Made by a program: the position numbers and the translations under genes. DNA of 64,000 nucleotides from Gammaproteobacteria bacterium. GTDB taxonomy: Bacteria > Pseudomonadota > Gammaproteobacteria > UBA6002. The stretch spans positions 30,938 through 94,937 of the forward strand of contig JACCWJ010000004.1 of NCBI GenBank assembly GCA_013697705.1, read 5' to 3'. The notes beneath the pieces were generated by a model. It was not told where the DNA came from, searched no databases, and saw only the letters and a list, made by a program, of their open reading frames with translations. Every line of letters begins with the position of its first letter. The stretch's first letter is position 1. Shown here piece after piece: positions 21,765 to 34,235 of the stretch.

Positions 21765-23318
21765 ATGCAAACAAAGATGCAATTAAACCCATCCGAAATT
21801 AGTGAGCTCATAAAAAAGCGAATCGAAAGCGCAAAGTTGAGCCCAGAAATTTCTCGACAAGGGACTATCGTTAGATTGAAAGACGGTATCGCACAGATTC
21901 ATGGTCTTTATGAGGCAATGAACGGAGAAATGTTGGAATTTGAAGGTGGCACTGCGGGAATGGCTTTAAATCTGGAGCAGGATTCAGTAGGCGCTGTTGT
22001 GCTTGGACCTTACGAGCATCTTGCAGAAGGTCAAATCGTCAAATGCACAGGTCGAATTTTGGAAGTTCCGGTGGGCGAAGCATTGCTCGGTAGAGTAGTA
22101 AATGCTTTAGGTGCCCCGATTGATGGCAAAGGGCCAATTGATACACCTTATCTTTCTCCTATAGAGAAAGTGGCTCCTGGTGTAATTTCTCGACAATCCG
22201 TAGATCAACCCCTCCAAACCGGATTATTAGGTATTGATTCATTAGTACCCATAGGACGAGGCCAGCGAGAATTGATCATCGGTGACCGTCAAACAGGTAA
22301 AACTGCGATTGCAATTGACTCCATCATAAACCAAAAAAATACGGGTGTTATCTGTATATATGTGGCGATCGGTCAGAAGGCATCTTCAGTTGCAACCGTA
22401 GTTAGAAAATTAGAAGAGCATGGCGCGATGGATCATACCATTGTGGTTGCTGCGACAGCTGCAGAGTCAGCATCGCTCCAGTTTATTGCTCCTTATTCTG
22501 GCTGCACTATGGGTGAATACTTCCGGGATAGTGGCCGAGATGCACTGATTATCTATGATGATTTAACCAAACAAGCTTGGGCTTATCGTCAAATATCTCT
22601 TTTATTAAGAAGACCGCCAGGCCGCGAAGCGTATCCTGGGGATGTCTTTTATTTACATTCAAGATTATTAGAGCGTGCCGCACGGGTAAGTGCAAAATAC
22701 GTGGAAAAAATGACCGACGGTCGCGTGAAAGGTAAAACAGGTTCATTGACTGCATTACCCATTATCGAAACTCAAGCGGGCGACGTTTCTGCTTTCGTTC
22801 CTACTAATGTAATCTCTATTACAGACGGGCAAATTTATCTCGACACAGATTTGTTTAACTCGGGTATCAGGCCTGCTGTTAACGCAGGGTTATCAGTCTC
22901 TCGGGTGGGTGGTGCTGCGCAAACCAAGATAGTTAAAAAATTTGGTGGTGGCCTTCGATTAGCTCAAGCGCAATACCGTGAGTTAGAAGCCTTTGCACAA
23001 TTTGCGTCCGATTTAGATGAAACTACTCGAAAACAATTAGAGCGTGGGCAACGTAGTACTGAAATTTTAAAACAAAAACAATATTCTCCTCTTAGTGTTG
23101 CTGACATGGCTATCACCTTATTTACCGCCGATCAAGGATACCTTGACGACGTTGAACTTAAAAAGGTGGTTAGTTTCGAGGAAGAGCTGCGACGTTTTAT
23201 GAATGATAAGTACGCTGATTTATTGCAAACCATTAATGAGAATCCTGTTTATAATGACGAAATTGGTAAACAGCTTCATGAAGCAGTTAAAGAATTTAAG
23301 AAAACACAATCGTGGTAG
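21765..23318 (+). CDS. atpA: F0F1 ATP synthase subunit alpha
   Basis: Walker [10 protein letters not shown], 517 aa. Confidence 0.95.
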   Translation: MQTKMQLNPSEISELIKKRIESAKLSPEISRQGTIVRLKDGIAQIHGLYEAMNGEMLEFEGGTAGMALNLEQDSVGAVVLGPYEHLAEGQIVKCTGRILEVPVGEALLGRVVNALGAPIDGKGPIDTPYLSPIEKVAPGVISRQSVDQPLQTGLLGIDSLVPIGRGQRELIIGDRQTGKTAIAIDSIINQKNTGVICIYVAIGQKASSVATVVRKLEEHGAMDHTIVVAATAAESASLQFIAPYSGCTMGEYFRDSGRDALIIYDDLTKQAWAYRQISLLLRRPPGREAYPGDVFYLHSRLLERAARVSAKYVEKMTDGRVKGKTGSLTALPIIETQAGDVSAFVPTNVISITDGQIYLDTDLFNSGIRPAVNAGLSVSRVGGAAQTKIVKKFGGGLRLAQAQYRELEAFAQFASDLDETTRKQLERGQRSTEILKQKQYSPLSVADMAITLFTADQGYLDDVELKKVVSFEEELRRFMNDKYADLLQTINENPVYNDEIGKQLHEAVKEFKKTQSW

Positions 23319-23324
23319 TTAATA

Positions 23325-24185
23325 ATGGCCATCGGTAGAGAAATTAAGACCAAAATCAAAAGCATAGAAAAGACGAAGAAAATTACGAGCGCGATGCAAT
23401 TGGTTGCTGTGAGTAAAATGCGTCGAGCTCAAGAGCATATGCTGCGCACACGTCCTTATGCTAAGGCTATATTAAGGGTGATTGAACACATCGCTCGTAG
23501 CCATAGTGAATATCGACATCCCTACCTGACTCCTCGTGAAAGTATTAAAAAGGTGGGGTACATAATTATCTCAACTGATCGTGGACTTTGTGGTGGCTTA
23601 AATATTAATTTATTTAGAACGGCGCTAGCGGATATGCAAGCTTGGAACAACAAAAATGTTGAGTCAGAGCTGTGTGTTATTGGTCAAAAAGGCGAACATT
23701 TCTTCAAGCGTATTGGAGCTAACATCGTCGCAGAAGCAGATCATCTAGGGGATAGACCCACTATTAATGATTTAATCGGTGTTATTAAAACAATGCTCGA
23801 TAAATATAATGAGGGCACCTTGGACGCCCTCTACTTAATCTCTAATGAATTTGTTAATACCATGACCCAAAAACCTGAAATCAAACGCTTACTTCCGGTG
23901 GTAGTGCCTTCGCAGAATACCCCAGAATACTGGGATTATATCTATGAGCCGGATGCGCGAGAAATTTTAGATGTGCTTTTGGTGCGTTATATAGAATTAC
24001 AGGTTTACCAGGCAACAATAGAAAATATAGCCAGTGAACAATCCGCAAGAATGGTGGCAATGAAAAATGCCACAGAGAATGCAGGTGAAATTATTAAAGA
24101 CCTGCAATTAATTTATAATAAGGCTCGCCAAGCTGCTATCACGCAAGAAATCGCTGAAATTGTAGCTGGTGCAGACGCTGTTTAG
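23325..24185 (+). CDS. atpG: F0F1 ATP synthase subunit gamma
   Basis: 286 aa, [19 protein letters not shown]-terminal helix. Confidence 0.93.
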   Translation: MAIGREIKTKIKSIEKTKKITSAMQLVAVSKMRRAQEHMLRTRPYAKAILRVIEHIARSHSEYRHPYLTPRESIKKVGYIIISTDRGLCGGLNINLFRTALADMQAWNNKNVESELCVIGQKGEHFFKRIGANIVAEADHLGDRPTINDLIGVIKTMLDKYNEGTLDALYLISNEFVNTMTQKPEIKRLLPVVVPSQNTPEYWDYIYEPDAREILDVLLVRYIELQVYQATIENIASEQSARMVAMKNATENAGEIIKDLQLIYNKARQAAITQEIAEIVAGADAV

Positions 24186-24205
24186 TACTTTGTAGAGAGG
24201 ATTAA

Positions 24206-25591
<1,386 letters not shown>

Positions 25592-25605
25592 ATAAAGGTG
25601 TAAAA

Positions 25606-26046
25606 ATGGCGATGAGCGTACATTTAGATATTGTAAGCGCAGAAGGTGAAATTTTTTCGGGGCGAGCTGAAATGGTAGCCGTCTCAGGCAGTCAGGGGGA
25701 ACTTGGTATCATGCCCGGTCATACTCCCCTGTTAACAACCTTAAAGCCTGGCTTAATAAGAGTCACCTTGCAAGGCGGTAAGCAAGAAGTCTTTTATATT
25801 TCGGGTGGGACCGTTGAAGTGCAGCCTGATATTGTCACGGTATTGGCTGACACTGCAGTTCGAGCTGAAGACTTAGATGAAATAGCCGCGATGGAAGCGC
25901 GCCAGCGTGCAGAGAAAACCGCCTCAAGTCGCAAATCAAATATTGAATATTCCCAAACATTAAGTGAGCTCGCAGATGCAGCGGCAAGACTTCGCGCTAT
26001 CAAACACGTGAAACAAATTCGTAAGAAATTCGGTCGAGGCGAATGA
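25606..26046 (+). CDS. atpC: F0F1 ATP synthase subunit epsilon
   Basis: 146 aa, last gene of operon. Confidence 0.9.
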   Translation: MAMSVHLDIVSAEGEIFSGRAEMVAVSGSQGELGIMPGHTPLLTTLKPGLIRVTLQGGKQEVFYISGGTVEVQPDIVTVLADTAVRAEDLDEIAAMEARQRAEKTASSRKSNIEYSQTLSELADAAARLRAIKHVKQIRKKFGRGE

Positions 26047-27410
26047 CCTTAAGTGTGGTTATTCTGGCCGCAGGCTATGGCAAACGAATGTATTCGAAAT
26101 TGCCTAAAGTACTTCATCAGCTCGCAGGTCAGCCCCTTCTTCTCCATGTAATTAAAACAGCGCAGACGCTCAATCCAGATGCCATCTATGTAGTATATGG
26201 TAACGGCGGAAGTCGCGTCAGAGAAACATTAGGGGATTTGCCCGTTAATTGGGTAAATCAAGCCAACCCTAAAGGCACGGGCCATGCAGTTCTGCAAGCC
26301 TTGCCCCATATTCCCGATGATCACCAAGTTTTAATTCTTTATGGTGATGTGCCGCTTATTAAAACGGCTACTTTAAAACAGTTGTTGGCCGACAATGAGC
26401 AGCAGTTTGCACTTTTAGTAGCGACATTCGATGATCCTACCGGATTTGGACGGATCATTAGAAATCCTGATAACGAGATTGTGGCGATTATCGAGCATAG
26501 AGACGCTACACCCGACCAGTTATTGATTCAGGAAGTGAATACTGGAATTTTAACAGGTCCCGCTGCTGCCTTTAAAAGATGGTTGCCCCAACTCAAAGAT
26601 CACAATGCGCAATCTGAATATTATTTAACTGATATCATCTCCCTTGTCGCTGAAAATGACCATAAAATCGCTGGTCTTTTAGCTCCCTCTCTCGAGGAAG
26701 TGGCGGGTGTTAATGACCGAAAAGAATTAATGCGGTTAGAGCGCTATTATCAGAGCCAAAAAGCGCTGGAGTTGCTAGAACAAGGTGTAACTATCATTGA
26801 TCCTTCACGTTTTGATTGTAGAGGCACACTAAATATTGCTAACGATGTAACCTTAGACATCAATGTGATCTTGAGCGGAGAAGTAGCTATTGACGAAGGT
26901 AGCTATATAGGACCGAATACCCTATTGAATAATGTAAAAATAGGCAAAAATGTAATCATAAAATCGAATTGTGTCATTGAGGATGCCGTTATAGAGGATG
27001 GCTGTCAAATTGGCCCCTTTGCGCGAATACGACCTCACACGCAACTGGGCAAAGAAGTTCACATCGGAAATTTTGTGGAGCTGAAAAATACGAAAATTGA
27101 TGACTTTAGCAAGGTGAATCACCTTACCTACCTGGGGGATTCAACCTTAGGTAAGAGAGTAAATGTGGGAGCAGGCACAATTACCTGTAATTATGATGGC
27201 ATCAATAAGTTTGAGACTCTCATTAAAGATGGTGCCTTTATTGGTTCTGGCACGGAACTGGTGGCGCCCATTACTATAGGTGAAAATGCCTATATCGGCG
27301 CAGGCTCAACGATTACTCGAGACGCCCCTGACGCTCAATTGACTCTAAGTAGAGCTAAACAAACCACTATTAATGGCTGGTCCAAGAAGAAAGGCGAATC
27401 CTTAGACTAA
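26043..27410 (+). CDS. glmU: Bifunctional GlcNAc-1-P uridyltransferase / glucosamine-1-P acetyltransferase GlmU
   Basis: N-terminal LAAGYGKRM nucleotidyltransferase motif and C-terminal left-handed beta-helix hexapeptide repeats; follows atpC as in E. coli. Confidence 0.93.
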   Translation: MTLSVVILAAGYGKRMYSKLPKVLHQLAGQPLLLHVIKTAQTLNPDAIYVVYGNGGSRVRETLGDLPVNWVNQANPKGTGHAVLQALPHIPDDHQVLILYGDVPLIKTATLKQLLADNEQQFALLVATFDDPTGFGRIIRNPDNEIVAIIEHRDATPDQLLIQEVNTGILTGPAAAFKRWLPQLKDHNAQSEYYLTDIISLVAENDHKIAGLLAPSLEEVAGVNDRKELMRLERYYQSQKALELLEQGVTIIDPSRFDCRGTLNIANDVTLDINVILSGEVAIDEGSYIGPNTLLNNVKIGKNVIIKSNCVIEDAVIEDGCQIGPFARIRPHTQLGKEVHIGNFVELKNTKIDDFSKVNHLTYLGDSTLGKRVNVGAGTITCNYDGINKFETLIKDGAFIGSGTELVAPITIGENAYIGAGSTITRDAPDAQLTLSRAKQTTINGWSKKKGESLD

Positions 27411-28279
27411 TTGGAACACTCGACTTCGTCAAAACCTTTGCAAAAAGGTTGGCTGCAAATCGTTTGAGTACCGATGATAAAAGTGGGGGTACAGCGATTA
27501 CTATCTATTTTACAATTCACCGATTGTTTGAAACCCATCGACCGGCAAAATGAATCAGCAGCGGGTTTGCCACATTCTTTATTTAATTTTAAACAGCAAT
27601 CGACCCGTAAATTGCCCATTTTAGGCTTGCGATAGATTTTAGTGACTTTGCGTCGCACCGTTTTAACGACGGGTACTGTGGGAGAGGGTTGATCACTAAA
27701 GGTTTGATTAAAAACAGTTTGCGCCACGTCTTCTTTGTGTCTGGCAGCAGAGAGGGATAGAGCAATCGCTTCTTGTAAAATGGCTTGGTTGCGAGCTAAC
27801 GGTGGGTATTGACCCGTTATTGTTTCAAAAGGAGGGTATAAGCCGGTTCTTTCATTATAAACGCCCCCCAAATTAGTGTACTGAGTATTATTTTGATAAG
27901 CCTCTAGAGAGCATTGTGCTTTAGTAAGCCAGGGGTCGTCATCACATCGTAATTCTGCAACAACTGTTTGTTTACTGGAAGAAAAGGTAGTTGTTTCCTT
28001 GCCCCAATTTTGGTCACCGTCCCATTCAGCCACCACATCCGCCCATAAGTTTTGATAAATCCACCGGGTACCCACGGGGATTTTAATCGAACAAATGCCG
28101 CTGAAATAATAATAATGTTTTTTGCTCAGCGAAACCCCTTCAGCCCCTTTAAGCTTAAGTTTGCAAATATATGGGGGGCTTAAGTCGGTGATATAGCCAT
28201 GAAAAACGGACGTAGCAGAAGCGGAATAATTGTATGCTAAGCAAATAATAAATAATAATCCGCGTAAATAAAGTTGCAT
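27407..28279 (-). CDS. Hypothetical secreted protein, Cys-rich basic C-terminal region, no recognisable domain
   Basis: 290 aa, N-terminal signal peptide (MQLYLRGLLFIICLAYNYSASA), 12 Cys mostly in last 70 residues (CCLKLNKECGK...[11 protein letters not shown]); no family recognised. Confidence 0.5.
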   Translation of the reverse strand: MQLYLRGLLFIICLAYNYSASATSVFHGYITDLSPPYICKLKLKGAEGVSLSKKHYYYFSGICSIKIPVGTRWIYQNLWADVVAEWDGDQNWGKETTTFSSSKQTVVAELRCDDDPWLTKAQCSLEAYQNNTQYTNLGGVYNERTGLYPPFETITGQYPPLARNQAILQEAIALSLSAARHKEDVAQTVFNQTFSDQPSPTVPVVKTVRRKVTKIYRKPKMGNLRVDCCLKLNKECGKPAADSFCRSMGFKQSVNCKIDSNRCTPTFIIGTQTICSQPFCKGFDEVECSN

Positions 28280-28338
28280 GCATTATCCCTTGGGTAATTG
28301 ATTTCCTAAGATAGTATACCTTTGCAACGAAGCCCCTG

Positions 28339-29352
28339 TCATCCTAGGGTAGAGGTAAATGGCTTTAGGTTAGCGTTTTTGATGAGAATGTCAGATAGAG
28401 ATTGGATATGTAGATCAGTTGTATTTAAAGCAGAAATGTAATTGTAAATGAGCCCGCCTGCTTGATGAAAAATCTTTTTATTTGTTATTGCCATTTCCTC
28501 TAATGTTTCTAAACAATCGACCGCAAATCCGGGACAAATTACATCAATATGTTTATATCCTTCCTTCGGTAGATCTTGTAGCACCTTATTACAGTAAGGT
28601 TGTAACCACTCTTCACGACCAAAGCGAGATTGAAAGACCACACCCCATTTTTTTTCCTCTAAATTTAATTTTGAAGCAACTTGGGCTGCGGTATCTAAAC
28701 ATTGATCAAAATAGGGGTCACCTTTGGCAATGAGTTTTTTAGGAATCCCATGAAACGAAAATAGCAATTTTTGTCCGGGTATTTGTTTTTGCCAATGATT
28801 ATGAATGGTATGAGCCAACGCAGAAATATAACTGGGCTCATATGCATAATTTTCAATAAAATGTAATGTCGGTTCCCATTTAAGTTGTTGCAATTGCTTT
28901 TTAATGGCGTGGACCGTAGAAGCAGTCGTAGTGGTTGAATATTGTGGGTAAAGTGGGAATCCAATAATCTGAGTTACCCCCTGTTCACGAAGATTTATCA
29001 ATGCTTGTTTAATCGAAGGTTCGCCATAACGCATACCCAGCGCATATTTGAATGTATAGCCACGACTTGTCATAGCGCCACGTAGTTTTCTGACCAATTC
29101 CGAGCTAAAAACTAATAATGGCGAGCCAGATTTAGTCCAAATTTTTTGGTAAAGTTTTGCCGATTTTTTAGGCCGCGTGCGAAGAATGATCCCATTTAGG
29201 ATTAACCACCACAAAGGTCTTGGAATTTGAACAATGAATGGATCCCACAAAAATTCTTTTAAATATTTTTTTACTGCAGAGGGGGTCGGTTGGTCAGGGG
29301 TGCCTAAATTGGTGATCAACACACCTATTTTGGGGGGATTGGTATTACTCAT
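28339..29352 (-). CDS. hemH: Ferrochelatase
   Basis: 337 aa; KIGVLITNLGTPD start, FSFHGIP and conserved H/E active-site blocks. Confidence 0.88.
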   Translation of the reverse strand: MSNTNPPKIGVLITNLGTPDQPTPSAVKKYLKEFLWDPFIVQIPRPLWWLILNGIILRTRPKKSAKLYQKIWTKSGSPLLVFSSELVRKLRGAMTSRGYTFKYALGMRYGEPSIKQALINLREQGVTQIIGFPLYPQYSTTTTASTVHAIKKQLQQLKWEPTLHFIENYAYEPSYISALAHTIHNHWQKQIPGQKLLFSFHGIPKKLIAKGDPYFDQCLDTAAQVASKLNLEEKKWGVVFQSRFGREEWLQPYCNKVLQDLPKEGYKHIDVICPGFAVDCLETLEEMAITNKKIFHQAGGLIYNYISALNTTDLHIQSLSDILIKNANLKPFTSTLG

Positions 29353-29397
29353 ACATTATCTTTGCCATTGTGTTACGGGAGCCGTTCTCGTATTTAA

Positions 29398-30324
29398 TCA
29401 TTGGTAAATATGTCTTAACGCTGTAGTAATATCTGAATACGTAAATTTAAACCCGTGAGATAATAATACCTGAGGATCCACACATTGACCATTCAGTAGT
29501 AATTCCTCACCCATCTGACCTAATAGTGTTTTAATCAAAAAAGCAGGCGTTTTTAAAATAGCGGGTCGATGTAAAATGCTGGCAAATGCGTTGGCAAATT
29601 GTTTTTGCGATATACAGCCAGGAGCAGCAAAGTTTACTGGCCCTTGAATAGTGGGTTGGGTGATAAGAAAATTAATTGCTGCGATGAGATCGTCAAGTTC
29701 AATCCAAGCGAGCGGTTGATCTCCGGTGCCAATTGGACCGCCTAAACCTAAAGAAAACGGCAGCTTGAGTTTACCAAGCAGACCTTTTTTATCGAGCACC
29801 AATGAAAACCGCATATTCACTACTCTAACACCTGCATTGCTAGCTGGAAGAGTGGCCTCTTCCCATTGCTGCGCAACTTGATGTAAAAAATCTGTATTGT
29901 GAGTAAAACGATCAGCAGCTTCTTCAGTTAAGGGTTGGGCCACCTTGTTGTGTTGTCCATAAATTCCTACCGCGCTTGCATTGAACAGGGGCGGTGATTG
30001 CTCGCCGAGTTTAGCGCAGCTCTCTGCCACTGTGTGGGTAGTGTGTACACGACTTTCAATAATTGCTTGTTTCCTTTCCTTACTCCAGCGTTTTTCACCA
30101 ATATTTGTGCCGGCCAGATTGATGATGAGATCCGCGTTATGGAGTAAGGATAGACTCTCTTGATTAAACCTATCCCAGGTCAGGGCAACGACTTGATTGC
30201 GGTAGATGTCTTTAATTTTCTGTATGTTTCTTCCTAAAACTATAATCTCATTGCCACTCGCTAAAAAATAGCGAGCTAATGATTGACCAATAAACCCTGT
30301 GCCCCCTGCTATAATTATTTTCAT
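29398..30324 (-). CDS. NAD-dependent epimerase/dehydratase family protein (TIGR01777/YfcH-like, DUF1731 C-terminus)
   Basis: Rossmann GGTGFIGQ at N-terminus, 308 aa, C-terminal region typical of YfcH family. Confidence 0.75.
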   Translation of the reverse strand: MKIIIAGGTGFIGQSLARYFLASGNEIIVLGRNIQKIKDIYRNQVVALTWDRFNQESLSLLHNADLIINLAGTNIGEKRWSKERKQAIIESRVHTTHTVAESCAKLGEQSPPLFNASAVGIYGQHNKVAQPLTEEAADRFTHNTDFLHQVAQQWEEATLPASNAGVRVVNMRFSLVLDKKGLLGKLKLPFSLGLGGPIGTGDQPLAWIELDDLIAAINFLITQPTIQGPVNFAAPGCISQKQFANAFASILHRPAILKTPAFLIKTLLGQMGEELLLNGQCVDPQVLLSHGFKFTYSDITTALRHIYQ

Positions 30325-30336
30325 CTTTTGCCTCGT

Positions 30337-31350
30337 TTAATGGTAACCGCTTCCGGCATGCACCTTCCCTCTAAATACGGTATAGGCGTAGATACTATAG
30401 GTGATTAATAAAGGTAACAGAATAATAGCCCCCACTAATTGGAATAAGAGCGTTTTAGGATTGGCAGCCGCTTCCCATAATGTTAGCTGCCGAGGCACTA
30501 TATATGGCCATGTGCTTATTCCTAAGCCGATATAACCAAATATAAATAGCAACACGCTCAAAATGAAGGGCAATCCCTCCTTTTTACCCGTTGGATGTTT
30601 GAGACAATATGCCGCATATAAAGTGGTCATAATTGTTGCAGCGGGAAGAGGCAGTAAGTAGAAAAAATTAGGCAATGAGAACCAGCGAATTTTAATGTCT
30701 GGGTGAATGAAAGGCGTCCATATACTGACGATAAACATAAAAACCGCAACGCAAAAAAGTAAAATTTTGGCGGCTTGATACATGGTTTTTTGTAAATTGT
30801 TTTCTGTCTTCATAATGAGCCAGGTTGACCCTAGCAATGCATAGCCAAAAACAACGGCGATTCCAGTCGCCATACTAAAAGGGGTTAACCAACCATAAGC
30901 TTCGGCTGAGCCTGGAATTAAAAAATAGCCTTGGATAAAAGTGCCTAGTATGAGTCCCTGACAAAAAGCGGCCATGGTGGATCCACCTGCAAAGGCTAAA
31001 TCCCACAAAAAAAGACTTTTATGGGCTTTAATTCTGAACTCAAAAGCAACGCCGCGAAAAACCAGAGAGCCTAGCATGACCATAATAGGCATATATAATG
31101 CAGGCAACAAAGTGCTATAAGCTAAGGGAAAAGCCCCGTACAATGTTGCGCCCCCGAATACTAGCCACGTTTCATTACCGTCCCAGACAGGCGCGATGGT
31201 ATCCATCATAATACTGCGATACTCATGATCCTGGACCCAGGGAAATAAAATTCCAATGCCAAGATCAAACCCATCTAAAATAACATAGACGATGACGCCA
31301 AACGCAATTAGACCTGCCCAAATTAGGGGCAGCATATTATTCATTATCAT
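30337..31350 (-). CDS. cydB: Cytochrome bd ubiquinol oxidase subunit II
   Basis: 337 aa, 8-9 TM, overlaps cydA stop by 14 nt; DGFDLGIG and W/GN motifs. Confidence 0.88.
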   Translation of the reverse strand: MIMNNMLPLIWAGLIAFGVIVYVILDGFDLGIGILFPWVQDHEYRSIMMDTIAPVWDGNETWLVFGGATLYGAFPLAYSTLLPALYMPIMVMLGSLVFRGVAFEFRIKAHKSLFLWDLAFAGGSTMAAFCQGLILGTFIQGYFLIPGSAEAYGWLTPFSMATGIAVVFGYALLGSTWLIMKTENNLQKTMYQAAKILLFCVAVFMFIVSIWTPFIHPDIKIRWFSLPNFFYLLPLPAATIMTTLYAAYCLKHPTGKKEGLPFILSVLLFIFGYIGLGISTWPYIVPRQLTLWEAAANPKTLLFQLVGAIILLPLLITYSIYAYTVFRGKVHAGSGYH

Positions 31351-32713
31351 CTAAAACCTCATCGTTAGGTTGAGGCATGTAACCTAATGTTAATGTGGGG
31401 ATCTCTAAATGCTCCGGTCCTTTCCGAATGGTTTTGAATAAATAATAGAGATAAAAGCTAAAAACAAAACCATAGCCCACAATGAAAAGCATTAAGGAAA
31501 TAAGAACATGTTCCATGGGGATGTTTGAGGCTGCATTCGCAGTGCGCATTAATCCATAAACGATCCAGGGTTGCCGTCCCGATTCTGCGGTAATCCACCC
31601 AGCAATTGCTGCAATAAAACCTAAAGGGCTAATCCAGATACAGAGACGTAGAAACCAGTTCTTGGTAAAAAGTGCTTTACGGTAGAGCAAAATTGCGCCC
31701 ATCCAGGCAGTCAGGATAAAAAGCATCCCTATGGCTACCATAATACGAAAACCGAAAAACGTGGGGGCCACTACGGGTTGGTCAGCTTTAGGCACTGAAT
31801 TTAGCCCAATGAGTGTACCCTGAAATGAATGTGTATTAATTAAGCTCGCACCATAAGGAATTTTCACTTCAAAAAGATTTTTGCCTTGAGTCGACGATGG
31901 AATTGCAAACACAACAAAGGGGGCGCCTTGCATCGTATTCCAGTTAGCTTCGATGGCTGCGGTTTTTAGAGGTTGATAATGGTAGATGTTGAGGCCCATA
32001 AGATCACCCACAAACAGCTGTAAGGGCCCTACGATTGCCGCCAGACAAATCGCTATGGCCAGGCAGGGTTTTGCTAAATCGATAGCGCGTTTTTTTAGAA
32101 TATACCAACTGGATATGCCGGTAATGACAAAACAGGTTGTTAAGAGTGCAGCGAGTATCATATGAATAAAACGAGGGATGAAAGAAGGATTGAAAATAAC
32201 TTCAGACCACGCTTTTACTATGAACTTATTGCCTATCAAATAATATCCCGTGGGAGTCTGCATCCAAGAGTTTGCTGATAAAATCCAGAACGCAGAGATA
32301 ATGGTGCCGATTGTCACGAGCAAAGTAGCGGAATAATGAATTTTAGGATTTACCTTTTTCCAGCCAAACAACATGATGCCGAGAAATCCTGCCTCCAAGA
32401 AGAAAGCGCTCATGACTTCATAGGCAAAAAGTGGCCCTAACACTTCACCTACTGCATTAGTGAAGCCATTGAAATTAGTTCCTAACTCATAGGAGAGTAC
32501 AACACCAGAGACCACGCCCATGCCAAAGGTAAGTGCGAAAATTTTTGTCCAGAATTTACAGATTTGGAGATATTTAGGATTTTGAGTTTTTAGCCAAATA
32601 CCTTCAAATATACAAATGAAAATAGCTAAACCAATGTTCAGGGTGGGGAACAAAATATGAAATCCAATCGTAAAGCCAAATTGGATGCGAGATAAAATTA
32701 ACGTTGTAAACAC
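31337..32713 (-). CDS. cydA: Cytochrome bd ubiquinol oxidase subunit I (short Q-loop type)
   Basis: 458 aa; conserved GRQPW, heme-ligand His/Met positions; shorter than E. coli CydA consistent with short Q-loop. Confidence 0.88.
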   Translation of the reverse strand: MFTTLILSRIQFGFTIGFHILFPTLNIGLAIFICIFEGIWLKTQNPKYLQICKFWTKIFALTFGMGVVSGVVLSYELGTNFNGFTNAVGEVLGPLFAYEVMSAFFLEAGFLGIMLFGWKKVNPKIHYSATLLVTIGTIISAFWILSANSWMQTPTGYYLIGNKFIVKAWSEVIFNPSFIPRFIHMILAALLTTCFVITGISSWYILKKRAIDLAKPCLAIAICLAAIVGPLQLFVGDLMGLNIYHYQPLKTAAIEANWNTMQGAPFVVFAIPSSTQGKNLFEVKIPYGASLINTHSFQGTLIGLNSVPKADQPVVAPTFFGFRIMVAIGMLFILTAWMGAILLYRKALFTKNWFLRLCIWISPLGFIAAIAGWITAESGRQPWIVYGLMRTANAASNIPMEHVLISLMLFIVGYGFVFSFYLYYLFKTIRKGPEHLEIPTLTLGYMPQPNDEVLDDNE

Positions 32714-32832
32714 GCTGATTTTCTCCTAAAAAAACAGGTTTTATTAAACCATGATCGAGAATAAATGTATAATATCTAAATCATTTTTTTAAAATATATT
32801 TAAATTCACCTTACTTAATAATTAGACAAACT

Positions 32833-34167
32833 ATGAGAAACTCCATTACCCGAGAATTTAAGGGTATTTTTCATCTGGCCCTCCCTTTAATTTTTAATTT
32901 ACTAGCATACATGGCAATGCAGGTTATTAGCACCGTTATGCTCGGAAGGTTAGGCCCTCAAGCATTAGCCGCAGCTGCAGTGGGTAACGTTATTTATATT
33001 ATTATCTTGGTGGGATGTATGGGTGTTCTTACTGCTGTAGGAACATTAGCCGCAGAGGCATTTGGTAAAAAAGATCAGATGAAAGTACAAACGATTAGTC
33101 AGCAAGGAATTTGGCTTGCCATATTTTTAAGTATTCCTGCTCTGTTAGTCGTTTGGAACGCGCATCATATATTATTAGCTATCCACCAGCCGGTGGAAGT
33201 CGTTCGGGGGGCAAAAAGTCTCTTGCACGGACTTTTTTGGGGGTTCCTACCCGAATTATGTTTTATTGGTTTGAGAGAATTTTCCACCGCCATTTCAAGA
33301 CCTAAAATTGTTATGTTTATCTCTGTTGGAACCATCCCCGTAAATATAATGTTAAATTATTGGTTCATTTATGGTGGATTAGGTTTACCGGCTATGAAAA
33401 TATTCGGAGTAGGGTTGGCTACTTCAATTGTTTGTTGGCTATCCTTCCTTGTATTAGCGCTCTATCTTTCGCTGCATCGCAATATTTATCATTATAAAAT
33501 TTTGCAATTTACACTTCCACATTGGAATACGCTAAAACGTATTGTCAAATTAGGGCTTCCCGTTGGAACGAGTTTTGTGGTTGAAGAACTCTTATTTGTG
33601 ATTGTCGCATTACTTATTGGTTACTTTGGTGTCGTTGCACTTGCAGCGCACCAAATAGCCATTCAATGCATGTACCTATTTGTAATGATACCTATTGGGA
33701 TCGCACAAGCGGTAGCCGTAAAGGTGAGCCAGGCTCGAGCAGATCCAACAAGGGTGTCTGCCTTTCGCGTCGCTTACATTGCTATCGGCTCTGGCCTAGG
33801 TTTAGCATTTATAACCGCTTGCCTATTTTGGTTTTTTCCAAAATTTTTCGTTCATTTTTTTCTAAATGTGCACATAGCTCAAAATCAACCTGTGCTTCAG
33901 CTGGCTGTAAAACTACTGGCCATTACAGCCATATTCCATATTATTGATGCGGGGCAATTAATAACAAATGGTGCGCTGCGTGGATTTCAAGATACATTAG
34001 TGCCGATGTTTTTAGGGTTAATTTCATTTTGGTTGATGGGAATAGGAAGTGGATATGTGTTTGGTTTCATTTATCACTATGGGGCGGTGGGATTATGGTG
34101 GGGTTTGGCGCTAGGTATTGCAAGCTCCGCAATCTTGCTACAACTGCGTCTGCAAACACATAAATAA
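32833..34167 (+). CDS. MATE family multidrug/Na+ efflux transporter (NorM/DinF-like)
   Basis: 444 aa, 12 predicted TM, N-terminal GIFHLALPLIFNLLAYMAMQVISTVMLGRLG typical of MATE. Confidence 0.82.
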   Translation: MRNSITREFKGIFHLALPLIFNLLAYMAMQVISTVMLGRLGPQALAAAAVGNVIYIIILVGCMGVLTAVGTLAAEAFGKKDQMKVQTISQQGIWLAIFLSIPALLVVWNAHHILLAIHQPVEVVRGAKSLLHGLFWGFLPELCFIGLREFSTAISRPKIVMFISVGTIPVNIMLNYWFIYGGLGLPAMKIFGVGLATSIVCWLSFLVLALYLSLHRNIYHYKILQFTLPHWNTLKRIVKLGLPVGTSFVVEELLFVIVALLIGYFGVVALAAHQIAIQCMYLFVMIPIGIAQAVAVKVSQARADPTRVSAFRVAYIAIGSGLGLAFITACLFWFFPKFFVHFFLNVHIAQNQPVLQLAVKLLAITAIFHIIDAGQLITNGALRGFQDTLVPMFLGLISFWLMGIGSGYVFGFIYHYGAVGLWWGLALGIASSAILLQLRLQTHK

Positions 34168-34175
34168 ACTGAAGT

Positions 34176-34220
34176 GATTGCATTCCTTGATGTAGCGAAG
34201 CGAAATCAAGGAATGCAATC
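34176..34220. repeat. REP-like palindrome: 16-bp perfect stem (gattgcattccttgat / atcaaggaatgcaatc) with 13-nt loop gtagcgaagcgaa
   Basis: Exact inverted repeat between convergent MATE gene and OM protein gene; loop is near-identical (12/13) to loop of hairpin copy at 45797-45833 whereas stem sequence differs (compensatory). Confidence 0.7.
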
Positions 34221-34235
34221 GCCTTGTGAAAGATT

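Noticed and set aside
25986-26003. parS-like sequence atcaaACACGTGAAACAaa inside atpC
   Set aside because: Only the right half-site and the central CACGTG match the consensus TGTTTCACGTGAAACA (12/16). It lies inside a CDS, and no better parS copy was seen near parAB in this window. Probably coincidental.
32714-32832. Possible FNR/ArcA site in cydA-MATE divergent AT-rich promoter region
   Set aside because: No convincing TTGAT-N4-ATCAA palindrome. Only a generic AT-rich divergent promoter.
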